DNA of 64,000 nucleotides from Escherichia phage vB_ESM-pEJ01: sequence record OP114734.1; one strand, 5' to 3'. Shown piece by piece: positions 8,541 to 17,502 of this stretch (position 1 is its first letter; each line of letters starts with the position of its first letter). The notes under the pieces were generated by a model. It saw only the letters and a program-made list of their open reading frames with translations, ran no database searches and was not told where the DNA came from. The position numbers and the translations under genes were made by a program.

Positions 8541-10364
8541 TTATGACGCCATCCATGCCTTCCTCATGTCTGAATCTTCGCTATAGAGCAAATCGAATAG
8601 CTCTTTATAGTTTTCCGGTAACGTGATGATCTCCATGACAGGATCGTTGATCACGCGATGATAGTCTGATTCTGTGAGCGATGCTAAACCTTTGATATAT
8701 CGAATGTTGTAACCTTTGATATTATCTCGGTCGTTCTCGAAATCTTCTAGGTCATAATACCATCGAACATCATCACCTTTCTTTGGTTCAGCAATGATAA
8801 TAGGTGTTTTGATAAACCGGATTCGTCCATCTTCGAACAATTCAGGCCAACGTGCAAAGAAAGAGATCAGACTAGGTTTAATAGACCCGATCCCGTCGGT
8901 ATCAGCGTCTGTCATAATCGCAATATTTTTGTATTGCATAACTTCCAATGCATCAACACCAAATTGCAAGCCAGTGATCGCCATGATGTTAAAAATTTCG
9001 GCGTTATTAACGATCTTTGCCTCCGGTTGTTCCCACGTTGTAAGAGTTTTGCCTCGCAACGGGAAACCTCCATGTAAATCTTGATCGCGTACAGAGATCA
9101 GATAGTTGATCGCGGAATCACCTTCCGTCAAAAACAGGGTAGTTTCTGCGTCAGTTCCAATAAGGTTAGCTTTAACGTGTTTTGCCACCTTAGCCCGTTT
9201 CGCTGCCTTTGCTGCCTTAGTCGCTGCCGCTTTATCTGCTGCCTCTTTGCGTGCCAAGACTACAGCAATAATAGGCATGATAATGTTTTCTTTCTTCGCA
9301 ATGACTTTAGCCAGCTTTTTAAAATCAAGATCAATATGACGCTTGATATCACCAGTCGGGTTAGTCAAGCGTTCTTTTGTCTGTGAATCAAAACGAAGGT
9401 TAGGCAATTCACGAACAATAAGAATACAGGTCAATCCAGATTTAACCGCAGCTTTAGTAACATCAACCTTATATTCTTTCTTGATTCGTTTTACAATCTC
9501 TTCACAAAGATCATCTGTCACATAATCAACGTGTGTTCCCCCGTTTTTGGTAAACAGACCGTTAGCAAAGGATACTGATTTAAAACCTTCTCCCTCGACC
9601 GCCGGAACTAGGGCAAGTGAAAAGTTTTTATCTTCAATGACAAACGGATCATCATTGTATAGTTTAGCATAATCCTTGAACTTACTAACAATACGTTTAC
9701 CATTAAACTTAAACGTGATCTTAGGAAATATTACGCTCAATGATTGCAGACGATCATGAACAATATCTAAAACAGAGTTGTCCATCATATAACCTTCGAA
9801 GTGGTCGAAGTCTGGACAAAATGTAACCTTCGTTCCCTTCAATTTTGATGGTTTTGATGACCATGTGACATTTTCAGCACCGTTTGTGCATTGAACGGTC
9901 ATTTCTGTTTCGCCGTCACAGGTCACACCAGTAAACCAATCGCTAAAGAAATTTGATAACGACGACCCAACACCGTTCATCCCTTGCGTTAATCGATTGG
10001 TATCATCAAAGTTAGACCCTGCTTTTGTTCGTGTCCATGCGGCTACAGGTTGCGGAATCTGCGTACCCTCTGGGGTAGTAACCATATGTTGAGGAATACC
10101 GCGACCATTGTCTGTTACCGTAACAATATTGTTTTGGATATCGACGCTAATCACATTGGCAAATTCAAAGTTAGTGCGGATCGCCTCGTCTACAGAGTTG
10201 TCGATGATCTCATCAATGATTTTAACCAGTCCAGGAACGTATGAAATTTTTGTCCATTTACCGAACAGGAAACGTTGATGTTCTTCGTAAGTTGTTGATC
10301 CTATATACATTCCTGCACGCTTAAGGACATGTTCACGATCAGATAAAATGCGAAACTCACTCAT
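8541..10364 (-). CDS. 39: DNA topoisomerase II large subunit (GyrB-like), fused gp39+gp60 equivalent
   Basis: 607 aa single ORF; GHKL ATPase and TOPRIM motifs (IIDEIIDNSVDEA, TEGDSA, MTDADTDG). Confidence 0.9.
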   Translation of the reverse strand: MSEFRILSDREHVLKRAGMYIGSTTYEEHQRFLFGKWTKISYVPGLVKIIDEIIDNSVDEAIRTNFEFANVISVDIQNNIVTVTDNGRGIPQHMVTTPEGTQIPQPVAAWTRTKAGSNFDDTNRLTQGMNGVGSSLSNFFSDWFTGVTCDGETEMTVQCTNGAENVTWSSKPSKLKGTKVTFCPDFDHFEGYMMDNSVLDIVHDRLQSLSVIFPKITFKFNGKRIVSKFKDYAKLYNDDPFVIEDKNFSLALVPAVEGEGFKSVSFANGLFTKNGGTHVDYVTDDLCEEIVKRIKKEYKVDVTKAAVKSGLTCILIVRELPNLRFDSQTKERLTNPTGDIKRHIDLDFKKLAKVIAKKENIIMPIIAVVLARKEAADKAAATKAAKAAKRAKVAKHVKANLIGTDAETTLFLTEGDSAINYLISVRDQDLHGGFPLRGKTLTTWEQPEAKIVNNAEIFNIMAITGLQFGVDALEVMQYKNIAIMTDADTDGIGSIKPSLISFFARWPELFEDGRIRFIKTPIIIAEPKKGDDVRWYYDLEDFENDRDNIKGYNIRYIKGLASLTESDYHRVINDPVMEIITLPENYKELFDLLYSEDSDMRKAWMAS

Positions 10365-10467
10365 TATTAAACCTCTTCATAACATAACCATAACTTACTG
10401 CAACCGCCACAAAGACGGCTGCAACAATCATATTAAAAATTGAGTGATTGTCAAGTATATGACTCAT
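10357..10467 (-). CDS. possible tiny membrane protein (36 aa), translationally coupled
   Basis: ATGA overlap with upstream stop and ATGAGTGA overlap with gene 39 start; one hydrophobic helix MIVAAVFVAVAVSYGYV. Confidence 0.3.
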   Translation of the reverse strand: MSHILDNHSIFNMIVAAVFVAVAVSYGYVMKRFNNE

Positions 10468-10637
10468 GACACGCGCACATTTTTATCATAGTACCCGCCA
10501 TTAATCCCGCGCGGGGCAGTTAATCCCTGTTTGCATTCTTTACCACATTCAGGGCATTCTGCCTTTTCACGCTCGGAAATTTTGCGGATTTTCTGAAATT
10601 GACCGTGTTCTTCACAAGAATAATCATATAATGGCAT
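10464..10637 (-). CDS. FmdB-type zinc-ribbon protein (57 aa)
   Basis: MPLYDYSCEEHGQF...CPECGKEC: two CxxC pairs; ATG 1 nt after dexA stop; track ORF 10464..10718 trimmed. Confidence 0.5.
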   Translation of the reverse strand: MPLYDYSCEEHGQFQKIRKISEREKAECPECGKECKQGLTAPRGINGGYYDKNVRVS

Positions 10638-10638
10638 A

Positions 10639-11307
10639 TTATCCCCTTTGTTTCTTAACTGAATTTGGATCTGGATTTTCTGGTAGGTCTTCCAGACCCA
10701 TAGCATAACGTTGTGCATAGATTAGCATAAGAATATCGCGAGCGCAATCATGAATTGCATCATGTGCGATAAAACCATCTAGCGTACCCATTGGTAACGG
10801 GCATTCACACATACCACGATGCATCAATGTACGCTCAATGGCGGTGCGAACATCTCGGATGTTCCAGAATCGCACAGGTTCAAGATTGAACGTCTCACGG
10901 GTATTGTGTGCACGGCGGATCATATCAACCAGTAACGGAATATCAAACGCATTACCGCGTGACCACATTACGGATTTAACCGGATCTACTCCTACAGATT
11001 CACAGAATGCGTTAAAACGCGCTAAACCTTCTTTAGTTGATACTTCCGTACCATTTGTGATTAATTGCTTTCTCATGCCTTCTGAGGCGGTATTCTTCCA
11101 CCATTCAACCACACCATGATCAAACACCCTTACACCTTTCTGGGAAGGAATATCAAATTTTACCAGAAAGGAATTGTCAACCAGTTCTTTAAATGTAGGT
11201 GGGTTGTGCGGATCTTCTTTAAATCCGATTGCCGCCATATTGATCACCGCCCCATCAGGCGGATAACCTAAACTTTCAAAGTCAATCATTAAATCCACTG
11301 GAAGCAT
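10639..11307 (-). CDS. dexA: exonuclease A (DexA, DnaQ-like 3'-5' exonuclease)
   Basis: 222 aa; N-terminal DxE exonuclease motif (MIDFESLG) and C-terminal H..D..D; size and position as T4 dexA. Confidence 0.8.
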   Translation of the reverse strand: MLPVDLMIDFESLGYPPDGAVINMAAIGFKEDPHNPPTFKELVDNSFLVKFDIPSQKGVRVFDHGVVEWWKNTASEGMRKQLITNGTEVSTKEGLARFNAFCESVGVDPVKSVMWSRGNAFDIPLLVDMIRRAHNTRETFNLEPVRFWNIRDVRTAIERTLMHRGMCECPLPMGTLDGFIAHDAIHDCARDILMLIYAQRYAMGLEDLPENPDPNSVKKQRG

Positions 11308-11308
11308 T

Positions 11309-11551
11309 TTAAATATCCTCCGCTATATGCCGGAACAACTCCAGATCGTTTTTATCTAGAATGAAACCGCTACAATCAATAATCCCTTTACCGTAATTAT
11401 CAGTTAACAGTCGGTCCGTTGCCATGTATGCGCGTACTTTGTTGTTAAAATTAATTACATGTTGTGCATAATCACAATGAATCTTTTGACGGTTCCACGC
11501 GACAATTGATTGTAGATGTATTACATTAGCCACATTATTAATAACAACCAT
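11309..11551 (-). CDS. hypothetical protein (80 aa)
   Basis: Track ORF starts at GTG inside leader; ATG (MVVINNVANV..) preceded by AGCGAGGG. Confidence 0.45.
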   Translation of the reverse strand: MVVINNVANVIHLQSIVAWNRQKIHCDYAQHVINFNNKVRAYMATDRLLTDNYGKGIIDCSGFILDKNDLELFRHIAEDI

Positions 11552-11598
11552 ATCAAAACCCTCGCTTAGTGGAATGTTCTGGCATTTTATTGATACAT
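11552..11598 (-). repeat. leader repeat copy 1 (second copy at 11729..11775)
   Basis: About 47 nt, ~85% identical between the two positions; copy 2 precedes only a 15-codon dead-end ORF. Confidence 0.6.
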
Positions 11599-11728
11599 TC
11601 AGCTTGGTAGTCACGAGATTTTTTTGACGAATTAAGAGCTACAGCCAAAAATCCTGTAACTGTTCGTTTGTCATTTTTGGCTTACACCGCGTATCTAAAC
11701 CCTTCGTTCTTCTAGCTTCATTAGCCAT

Positions 11729-11775
11729 ATCAAAAACCTCTCTTAGTGAAATGCTCGATCATTTTATTGATACAT
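11729..11775 (-). repeat. leader repeat copy 2 (remnant of duplicated gene start)
   Basis: Same sequence as 11552..11598 followed by ATG and stop after 15 codons. Confidence 0.6.
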
Positions 11776-11845
11776 GCAGCCTCACTATCGCCGGACACGT
11801 TCCAGCCGTATAGACCCCATCTAAAGCACATGGTAACAGTTCCAT

Positions 11846-11865
11846 TGTGACGGCTTACCGTCACA
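11846..11865. promoter_or_regulatory. perfect 8-bp inverted repeat TGTGACGG-cttA-CCGTCACA upstream of dda
   Basis: Palindrome in ORF-free 290-nt region; possible protein-binding site or RNA hairpin. Confidence 0.3.
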
Positions 11866-11907
11866 TCATTAAATTCTGGGATACTTCGCATAATCATAAT
11901 AATTTCC

Positions 11908-13299
11908 TCAAATATAGTCTACTCGATACCTCGCACGGGTAACACCCACATATAATAACTGCATTGCCAATTCAAAGTCAACATTGTCTGTACACATGCA
12001 AGGAGTATACAGGAACACGCGGTCTACGCTGATCCCTTGTGACTTATGAATGGTGCAAGCTGGTAATGCTTTTACATTCAAGAACATACGCTTCATCGTC
12101 CAGAATGAATCCCAATCTGGTTTAAATTTTGGATTCTCTTTCTTCATTTCGCGATATTGTCCGGCGACCGTATTCAGATAGATAGAGAAAATGTTCTTCT
12201 GACGTTGTTCTGTCAGAATGTTGATTTCTACTAAATCTGGTTTATCTGTAGTGATTCCGACTGCATCTAAACCTACTTTCTGATTTAGGATTTCTTTGTC
12301 TTCGTCATCATCGACGCTTTCCACTTTCAGAGTATATCCTAAAACTGGTTGCGGATCTACCCCCGTGCAACGTAATGTAAATTCACGCGGGATGACCTCT
12401 TTAACTCGGATCATCTCACCATTGTTAAAAATAACATTGGGAATCTTCTTCCCGCGTTCATCTCGCAGATATTCGATCAATGGTTCCTGAGTAACCAGAA
12501 TTTCATCTACAATCACTGGTTCATCGGTGTTATAAACGCGCTTACGTACAATTTCATTGAGTTTTTCGACGCTCTTGTTAGTGTAGGCCAGAATACGGTT
12601 TTCTAGAAGGTCTTCCGGCGTTTTAACGGTTTCGAAATAATGCTTCATAAACTCCGGCAGAGTTGAGCTATGGAATACACCCTCGTTGCCGCACTGCTTT
12701 TCGAATACCCATTTACCATTACGGACAGCGGTCGCCACATCAATTATTGGCGCATTAGATCGTTTAATCTCTGTAAGTTCTACATTCTGAAACCTTTCAT
12801 CGGTGAAGAAAGGAGAGATCGACGTTGCACCGCTCGGATCAACTGGTCGTAACTGGTACAGATCACCCACGGCAATAATAACAATTCGACCGTTGATACT
12901 CTTCATGAGAATATCAAATAGTTTCTTATCGACCATACTCGCTTCATCAACAATGATGATCTGAACATCATCTAGCTTAGGAGTATCTTTTTGCTCAAAT
13001 ACTTGAGTATCTTCATAGTTGGTCGGGTTTAGTCGCAGTAGTGCATGTAAAGTAAATGCTTGACGACCTACCGCTTTACTCAAAACTTTTTTAGCCTGGT
13101 GGGTAGGCGTTGCCAAAACCACACCAGTTACACCACGACGGACCATTTCCTGAACAATGAATTTCATCATTGCGGTTTTACCAGTACCCGCCGCACCACG
13201 GACAGTTGTATGCTTCTTTTGTTCAATGCGTTTCATTAGAACATCAAAAGCATGTTTTTGCCCGTCTGTTAACATATCGAAAGTTAATACTCTGCTCAT
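11908..13299 (-). CDS. dda: Dda DNA helicase (SF1)
   Basis: Walker A GAAGTGKT, DEASMVD, IKRSNAPIIDVATAVRNGKW, YVGVTRAR matching T4 Dda blocks. Confidence 0.9.
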   Translation of the reverse strand: MSRVLTFDMLTDGQKHAFDVLMKRIEQKKHTTVRGAAGTGKTAMMKFIVQEMVRRGVTGVVLATPTHQAKKVLSKAVGRQAFTLHALLRLNPTNYEDTQVFEQKDTPKLDDVQIIIVDEASMVDKKLFDILMKSINGRIVIIAVGDLYQLRPVDPSGATSISPFFTDERFQNVELTEIKRSNAPIIDVATAVRNGKWVFEKQCGNEGVFHSSTLPEFMKHYFETVKTPEDLLENRILAYTNKSVEKLNEIVRKRVYNTDEPVIVDEILVTQEPLIEYLRDERGKKIPNVIFNNGEMIRVKEVIPREFTLRCTGVDPQPVLGYTLKVESVDDDEDKEILNQKVGLDAVGITTDKPDLVEINILTEQRQKNIFSIYLNTVAGQYREMKKENPKFKPDWDSFWTMKRMFLNVKALPACTIHKSQGISVDRVFLYTPCMCTDNVDFELAMQLLYVGVTRARYRVDYI

Positions 13300-13613
13300 T
13301 ATCCTAAAATCCTCACCTTGCGAACACAGATAGTATTGAGTTCTCGCCGTACCCGTTCTTTTTCATATTCAGGAATTTTATATTCGATACCATCCCGAAC
13401 AATTTCAGAAGACCGGATTATGCCAAATTTTCGTTTAGGTACAACCTTGTATTTCGGTTCACCCGCCAATAGACTCTCACAATAATCTATCTGATCACAC
13501 ATTGACGCTAACGCAGCATCATGTGTTTCGCAAGTTAGGACGCGACCTTTCGCGTCCACTGAGTATTGAAAGAATCCGTCTTTATCACGATAACATACAG
13601 CAAATACATGCAT
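13299..13613 (-). CDS. hypothetical protein (dda.1 position)
   Basis: 104-aa ORF. Confidence 0.45.
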   Translation of the reverse strand: MHVFAVCYRDKDGFFQYSVDAKGRVLTCETHDAALASMCDQIDYCESLLAGEPKYKVVPKRKFGIIRSSEIVRDGIEYKIPEYEKERVRRELNTICVRKVRILG

Positions 13614-14368
13614 TATAAACCTACCTTCGCTTTCATCAATTCAATCCACGACGCATCAATCGGAAGCCCGTATTTCACGCGTTCTTTTTGTGCTGGCGTT
13701 AAGTTCTCATACTTAGAAAGAGATTCAATCAAAACGCTGGTATATTTTAGCACGACTTCGGTATTGTTTGCAATAGCCTTAAGTTTTTCTTCTTTCTTGT
13801 TGATTTCGCTAAGGGCTTGCTTGAGATCTGCAATTTTCTGATAACGTTCTTCCATACGGAAGAGAGTATTTTTAATCGCTCGCTCGGCTGCCTCTGCTTT
13901 CTCCGGTTCGTTGTGCTTTTTGTGGCGCTCGATTGCTAACTTCTTTTCTTCGATTGCCATTTCCTGATTTTTGATGCGATTCTCGTTAAGTTCGATCCAC
14001 TCGATGTACTTCGCACGTAGGGCAATTTCATCATCAGAAAGTTTACCGTTAGTTCCTAGTTCCTGGATCTCTTTAAGAGATTCGATAGTGTGATTGCCAC
14101 GGAAAGAATTGTATTTCAGTTTAACCGGAATTACACTGCCATCAACATATCCTAGATTGCAATCAATGCGCTCTAAGGAGAGTCCATCATCACCTTCACC
14201 GAACGCTTCACCGGAATAGGCGCAATGAGTCTGACGGTAAATGTTGCGCACAGTGACTAAGCTCATAGAGAAGTCTTTGTTGCGACGTGAAGCGCCAGCC
14301 ATGATAGAGTTCAGACGGAAAACAACCAGCGCCAATTCTTCGTTAGATTTAAAAGCAAACAGTTTCAT
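13613..14368 (-). CDS. hypothetical coiled-coil protein (srd position)
   Basis: 251 aa, C-terminal half K/E-rich helical; conserved leader ACACACATGCCAACTAAGGAG before ATG. Confidence 0.4.
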   Translation of the reverse strand: MKLFAFKSNEELALVVFRLNSIMAGASRRNKDFSMSLVTVRNIYRQTHCAYSGEAFGEGDDGLSLERIDCNLGYVDGSVIPVKLKYNSFRGNHTIESLKEIQELGTNGKLSDDEIALRAKYIEWIELNENRIKNQEMAIEEKKLAIERHKKHNEPEKAEAAERAIKNTLFRMEERYQKIADLKQALSEINKKEEKLKAIANNTEVVLKYTSVLIESLSKYENLTPAQKERVKYGLPIDASWIELMKAKVGL

Positions 14369-14395
14369 AATTGATTCTCCTTAGTTGGCATGTGT

Positions 14396-14426
14396 GTATT
14401 ATTGTCTATCTGGTTTGTGCTGTCAA
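14396..14426 (-). promoter_or_regulatory. early-type promoter cassette
   Basis: TTGACA at 14426..14421, ATAAT-like -10 near 14402..14397. Confidence 0.45.
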
Positions 14427-14429
14427 CAC

Positions 14430-14933
14430 TTAAATTAAAGAAAATTTGTAAATCTCTATCAGATCGCCATTACACGCGTAAACTTCCTCGATCTCATCAA
14501 GGATCATGGTCGTCCCTGTCTTGTATATGCACTCGCGCTCATCTGCCAACATAGCATACAAAGACAGTCGAGTAGTCGGATTGTCATACTCTTTAGACAC
14601 CACTCGGTCAATAGCATGTTCGTAATAATTCATGCAAGGCTTGGTAGGTTTTATTGCAATAATCTTTCCTGTTGCATAAACATCGGTTGCAAAGTCCTCT
14701 GCTGTTGATTGCAGTGGCGTAAAGCTCATAGGACGCTCTACAACGAAAGAATCGCCTACAATTAAGGTATCCAGCTTACGGCCTTCTCTTTTGCTCACAC
14801 CGCGATACAAGGCTTCATGATGCACTAACCGCTCAGTCTTTTCAATCAATCCATTAAGGATCGACATATCGATATTTTCTTTAGAGTTCATCACCTCATC
14901 AATGATGTTAAGTTCTTCTGGTGTAAATTGCAT
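14430..14933 (-). CDS. putative ADP-ribosyltransferase (Alt/ModA/ModB-like)
   Basis: R (ALYRG), S-T (LQSTAED) and E-x-E (DERECIY) arrangement typical of R-S-E ARTs; sits where T4 has modA/modB. Confidence 0.4.
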   Translation of the reverse strand: MQFTPEELNIIDEVMNSKENIDMSILNGLIEKTERLVHHEALYRGVSKREGRKLDTLIVGDSFVVERPMSFTPLQSTAEDFATDVYATGKIIAIKPTKPCMNYYEHAIDRVVSKEYDNPTTRLSLYAMLADERECIYKTGTTMILDEIEEVYACNGDLIEIYKFSLI

Positions 14934-14941
14934 AATAAAAA

Positions 14942-14967
14942 AGCCTCCAATCTTTCGACGGGAGGCA
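14942..14967 (-). promoter_or_regulatory. 5' leader hairpin sequestering the RBS of the ART gene
   Basis: GCCTCC...GGGAGGC stem; GGAGG arm is the only SD for ATG at 14933; T-run follows. Confidence 0.4.
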
Positions 14968-14995
14968 TAATAAAACCATGATAGAGTAGTGTCAA
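14967..14995 (-). promoter_or_regulatory. early-type promoter (-35 TTGACA, 17 nt, -10 TATTAT)
   Basis: Located between gene 56 stop and the hairpin. Confidence 0.5.
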
Positions 14996-15002
14996 CTAAT
15001 TT

Positions 15003-15527
15003 TTAGTAGCCTCGTTCTTGACGGGCGAAGTTTTCAGCATTTTTCAGATAGTACAGAATAAAGAGTTCTTGAGCGTCAATACCCAGCGGGATCATCTTTG
15101 ACAGAATGAAGTGGATCGCGTCCACAAATTCAAATTTCACTTCAAGCTGATCTTCCGGTGACAGTTCAGAGAATTTACGCGCTCGCGCTTCTCCGTGGTT
15201 CTTTTTCCACATTTTCCAGATTGCACTTGCATCTTTACCATTGGACATTCCACCCAGCGATGTGTAAAGCTCTCGTGTTTCGTCTGCGATAGCGTCATCC
15301 ATCCGCTGCATCCAATCCAGCATTTCACCGCAAGTCTCTAGCTTAGTTGGATTTGGGACCCAATCAAATTTTTCGGATAATGCAACCTGCAAACCAGTTT
15401 GCATTTCGAGCATCACCTGAAACGGATCTTTACCTTCTGCAATAGCGTGATGATATGCGGCGATAGCCGCGTTAATATCTTTTTCGTTAACCAGACCAGC
15501 ACAAGAATTAAATTCTGACATATTCAC
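15003..15527 (-). CDS. 56: dCTP pyrophosphatase (MazG-like, T4 gp56 homologue)
   Basis: Blocks KDPFQVMLEMQ, LSPEDQLEVKFEFVD, LYYLKNAENFARQERGY match recalled T4 gp56. Confidence 0.85.
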   Translation of the reverse strand: MNMSEFNSCAGLVNEKDINAAIAAYHHAIAEGKDPFQVMLEMQTGLQVALSEKFDWVPNPTKLETCGEMLDWMQRMDDAIADETRELYTSLGGMSNGKDASAIWKMWKKNHGEARARKFSELSPEDQLEVKFEFVDAIHFILSKMIPLGIDAQELFILYYLKNAENFARQERGY

Positions 15528-15535
15528 CTCATTAA

Positions 15536-16564
15536 TTAAAATTTACAATATTTCATAAACCGCATTTTAGCCATCAGACCTTGTACGGTGTTCTCTTTGA
15601 TATATTCCATGATCTGGTCGCGTGTAGCGCCCTCGTCCTGAATCATGGCGTTGACGTCTTTAGAATGCCACGGGCAACGATCCCACAATACAATCTTTTC
15701 CCCTGCATTGATAAACTTTTCCAGTCGGTGCATTGTATCGGCAGACCGTGGTTCCGCATCAAGTACAAACACTCGCTGATCAGGGAAAGGAATTTCATCT
15801 AATCCCAAAGTACCGCCAGTAATTGCACACCCGTTATCAATAAACAATGAATCGATCGGACCTTCTAAGAAATACACTGGCCTACTCGGATCGGCGCGTT
15901 CAAGACCATAGACCTTACTCGCTAACTCATGAGTTTTAATCGTCATATATTTGGTCTTTCCGTAATCCTTTCTCAATGCTCGCCCCTGAATGGATTCTAT
16001 CTTGTTCTCGCGGTTAAAGATAGGAATCACTAAACGCGGTTCAGGTTGTGGATTCTTGAAAGTATCAGCCTTAATGTGATTTGCTACCTTTTGCCATTCT
16101 CTCGTGAAATACAGAAGATCCCATTTATCGTGGGGAATGCAACGATCACTGACATACTTTATTATAGGATGATTAGCCGGAAGAGTATCTAACCTCTCGC
16201 AGAAAGGCAATGTTTGCACTTTCTTAATCTCCGGCTTTTCTACCTTTTTCAGTGGCTTGAACGTGGTGTTCTTGTGGTCGCCTTGTTCCTTCCGTCGTTC
16301 CATAAGCCATTCCCTGAATAGGTCCGGCTTATATTGTTTAAGAAATTCACCTAACGGCTGATTATAGTTACAGTTGAAGCAACCACAACGCAAACTATCT
16401 TTATAGGTATAGATACGGAATCGCGCTTGAGTATGATTTTTCTTTGAGTCACCGCAGATCGGACAACTACACACCAGCGTAAATGAGCTAGTATGCAACC
16501 GTTTAAAATTTCGTTCGCCGTATATGGCTTTTTCCGCTATTTCATAATCTGCGTAGTAAATCAT
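15536..16564 (-). CDS. 61: DNA primase (T4 gp61 homologue)
   Basis: 342 aa; N-terminal zinc ribbon CSCPICGD...CGCFNC and TOPRIM-like core. Confidence 0.85.
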   Translation of the reverse strand: MIYYADYEIAEKAIYGERNFKRLHTSSFTLVCSCPICGDSKKNHTQARFRIYTYKDSLRCGCFNCNYNQPLGEFLKQYKPDLFREWLMERRKEQGDHKNTTFKPLKKVEKPEIKKVQTLPFCERLDTLPANHPIIKYVSDRCIPHDKWDLLYFTREWQKVANHIKADTFKNPQPEPRLVIPIFNRENKIESIQGRALRKDYGKTKYMTIKTHELASKVYGLERADPSRPVYFLEGPIDSLFIDNGCAITGGTLGLDEIPFPDQRVFVLDAEPRSADTMHRLEKFINAGEKIVLWDRCPWHSKDVNAMIQDEGATRDQIMEYIKENTVQGLMAKMRFMKYCKF

Positions 16565-16573
16565 AATAACCTC

Positions 16574-16777
16574 TTATAGCTCAAATTTCATGAAAGTTCC
16601 CACACTTTCATTTTCATTCTCTCCGTTTTCATCTAAGCCAAATTTGTAGACACTACCATCTGGCGATGTGTAAGAGAATACACGAAAACGGCCTACCGGA
16701 TCAAGTTCTGTAAATTCATATTCTTTTCCGGCTTCAAAAAGTGAATATGTGCTTTTAAGACATTTCATCGTGATCAT
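16574..16777 (-). CDS. hypothetical protein (67 aa)
   Basis: ORF between primase and helicase genes. Confidence 0.4.
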   Translation of the reverse strand: MITMKCLKSTYSLFEAGKEYEFTELDPVGRFRVFSYTSPDGSVYKFGLDENGENENESVGTFMKFEL

Positions 16778-17040
16778 TTAAGCGCCACCGACAACAGAAT
16801 GAGAACTACACCAACATACATTGTGATCTCGGATAACTTTTCTGTTTTTGTTTTGTGTCCAGATAATCCGAAAACAACAACACCGACAATAGCGGACAGC
16901 AAGCCAACGATAAACATGATGATACTAAGCACCGTCTTTCTCCTTTTTGCGTTTTTCTTTACCCGATATACTAGGTCCACGATTGGTAATAGATCCGCTC
17001 GTTTCACCTGCTGCGATCTTCTCAGGATTGCCGCCAGCAT
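16774..17040 (-). CDS. hypothetical membrane protein
   Basis: Two TM helices (IIMFIVGLLSAIVGVVVFGL, MYVGVVLILLSVAL). Confidence 0.4.
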   Translation of the reverse strand: MLAAILRRSQQVKRADLLPIVDLVYRVKKNAKRRKTVLSIIMFIVGLLSAIVGVVVFGLSGHKTKTEKLSEITMYVGVVLILLSVALK

Positions 17041-17097
17041 CGCCAGCGGTCATATCTTCTTTGAGTTTATTTTCTTCAACAAACTGTTTAAAGCCAA

Positions 17098-17472
17098 TCA
17101 TAGAATAATCTCTTTCAGTAAGTCAACAATCTGGTCTTTCGTCAGTTTATCCTGATTCTCTACAATCTTGATAACACAAGCGTTAACATCTTTTCGAGTA
17201 ACGCGGGAGATCGTTTTAATACGATGAAACGGTTCGTAGAAATATACTGCTTCATTATAGAGCGCAGCAATTTTTCGACGCATTTGATCTTTATCAGCCA
17301 GAAAAACAATTGCAGTTTTCGGATCTACACCAGCCACATCATAAAGTTCGGCGACTCCCCAGCGTCCTTCCGGTTCAACCATCCCAGCGTGTTTACCGTT
17401 AATAAAGATAAGAACGTCTCCGTTATTTGCGGTTTTAAATGCTACATCTTCCGGTGTAATCATATTTTTCAT
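17098..17472 (-). CDS. hypothetical protein (124 aa)
   Basis: ORF. Confidence 0.4.
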   Translation of the reverse strand: MKNMITPEDVAFKTANNGDVLIFINGKHAGMVEPEGRWGVAELYDVAGVDPKTAIVFLADKDQMRRKIAALYNEAVYFYEPFHRIKTISRVTRKDVNACVIKIVENQDKLTKDQIVDLLKEIIL

Positions 17473-17502
17473 AATATAGTCTCCTTAGAGTTTCATTATA
17501 GG

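Noticed and set aside
11639-11728. Small ORF headed by the second leader copy
   Set aside because: Re-reading the sequence gives a stop after 15 codons (MANEARRTKGFRYAV), so it is a remnant, not a gene.
15137-15328. Nested minus-strand ORFs in alternative frames (15137..15328 in gene 56, 31868..32050 in gene 47, 33316..33573 in gene 55, 51656..51853 in the Gly-rich gene, 50536..50718, 22338..22535, 22779..22964)
   Set aside because: Entirely contained within stronger, homology-supported frames.
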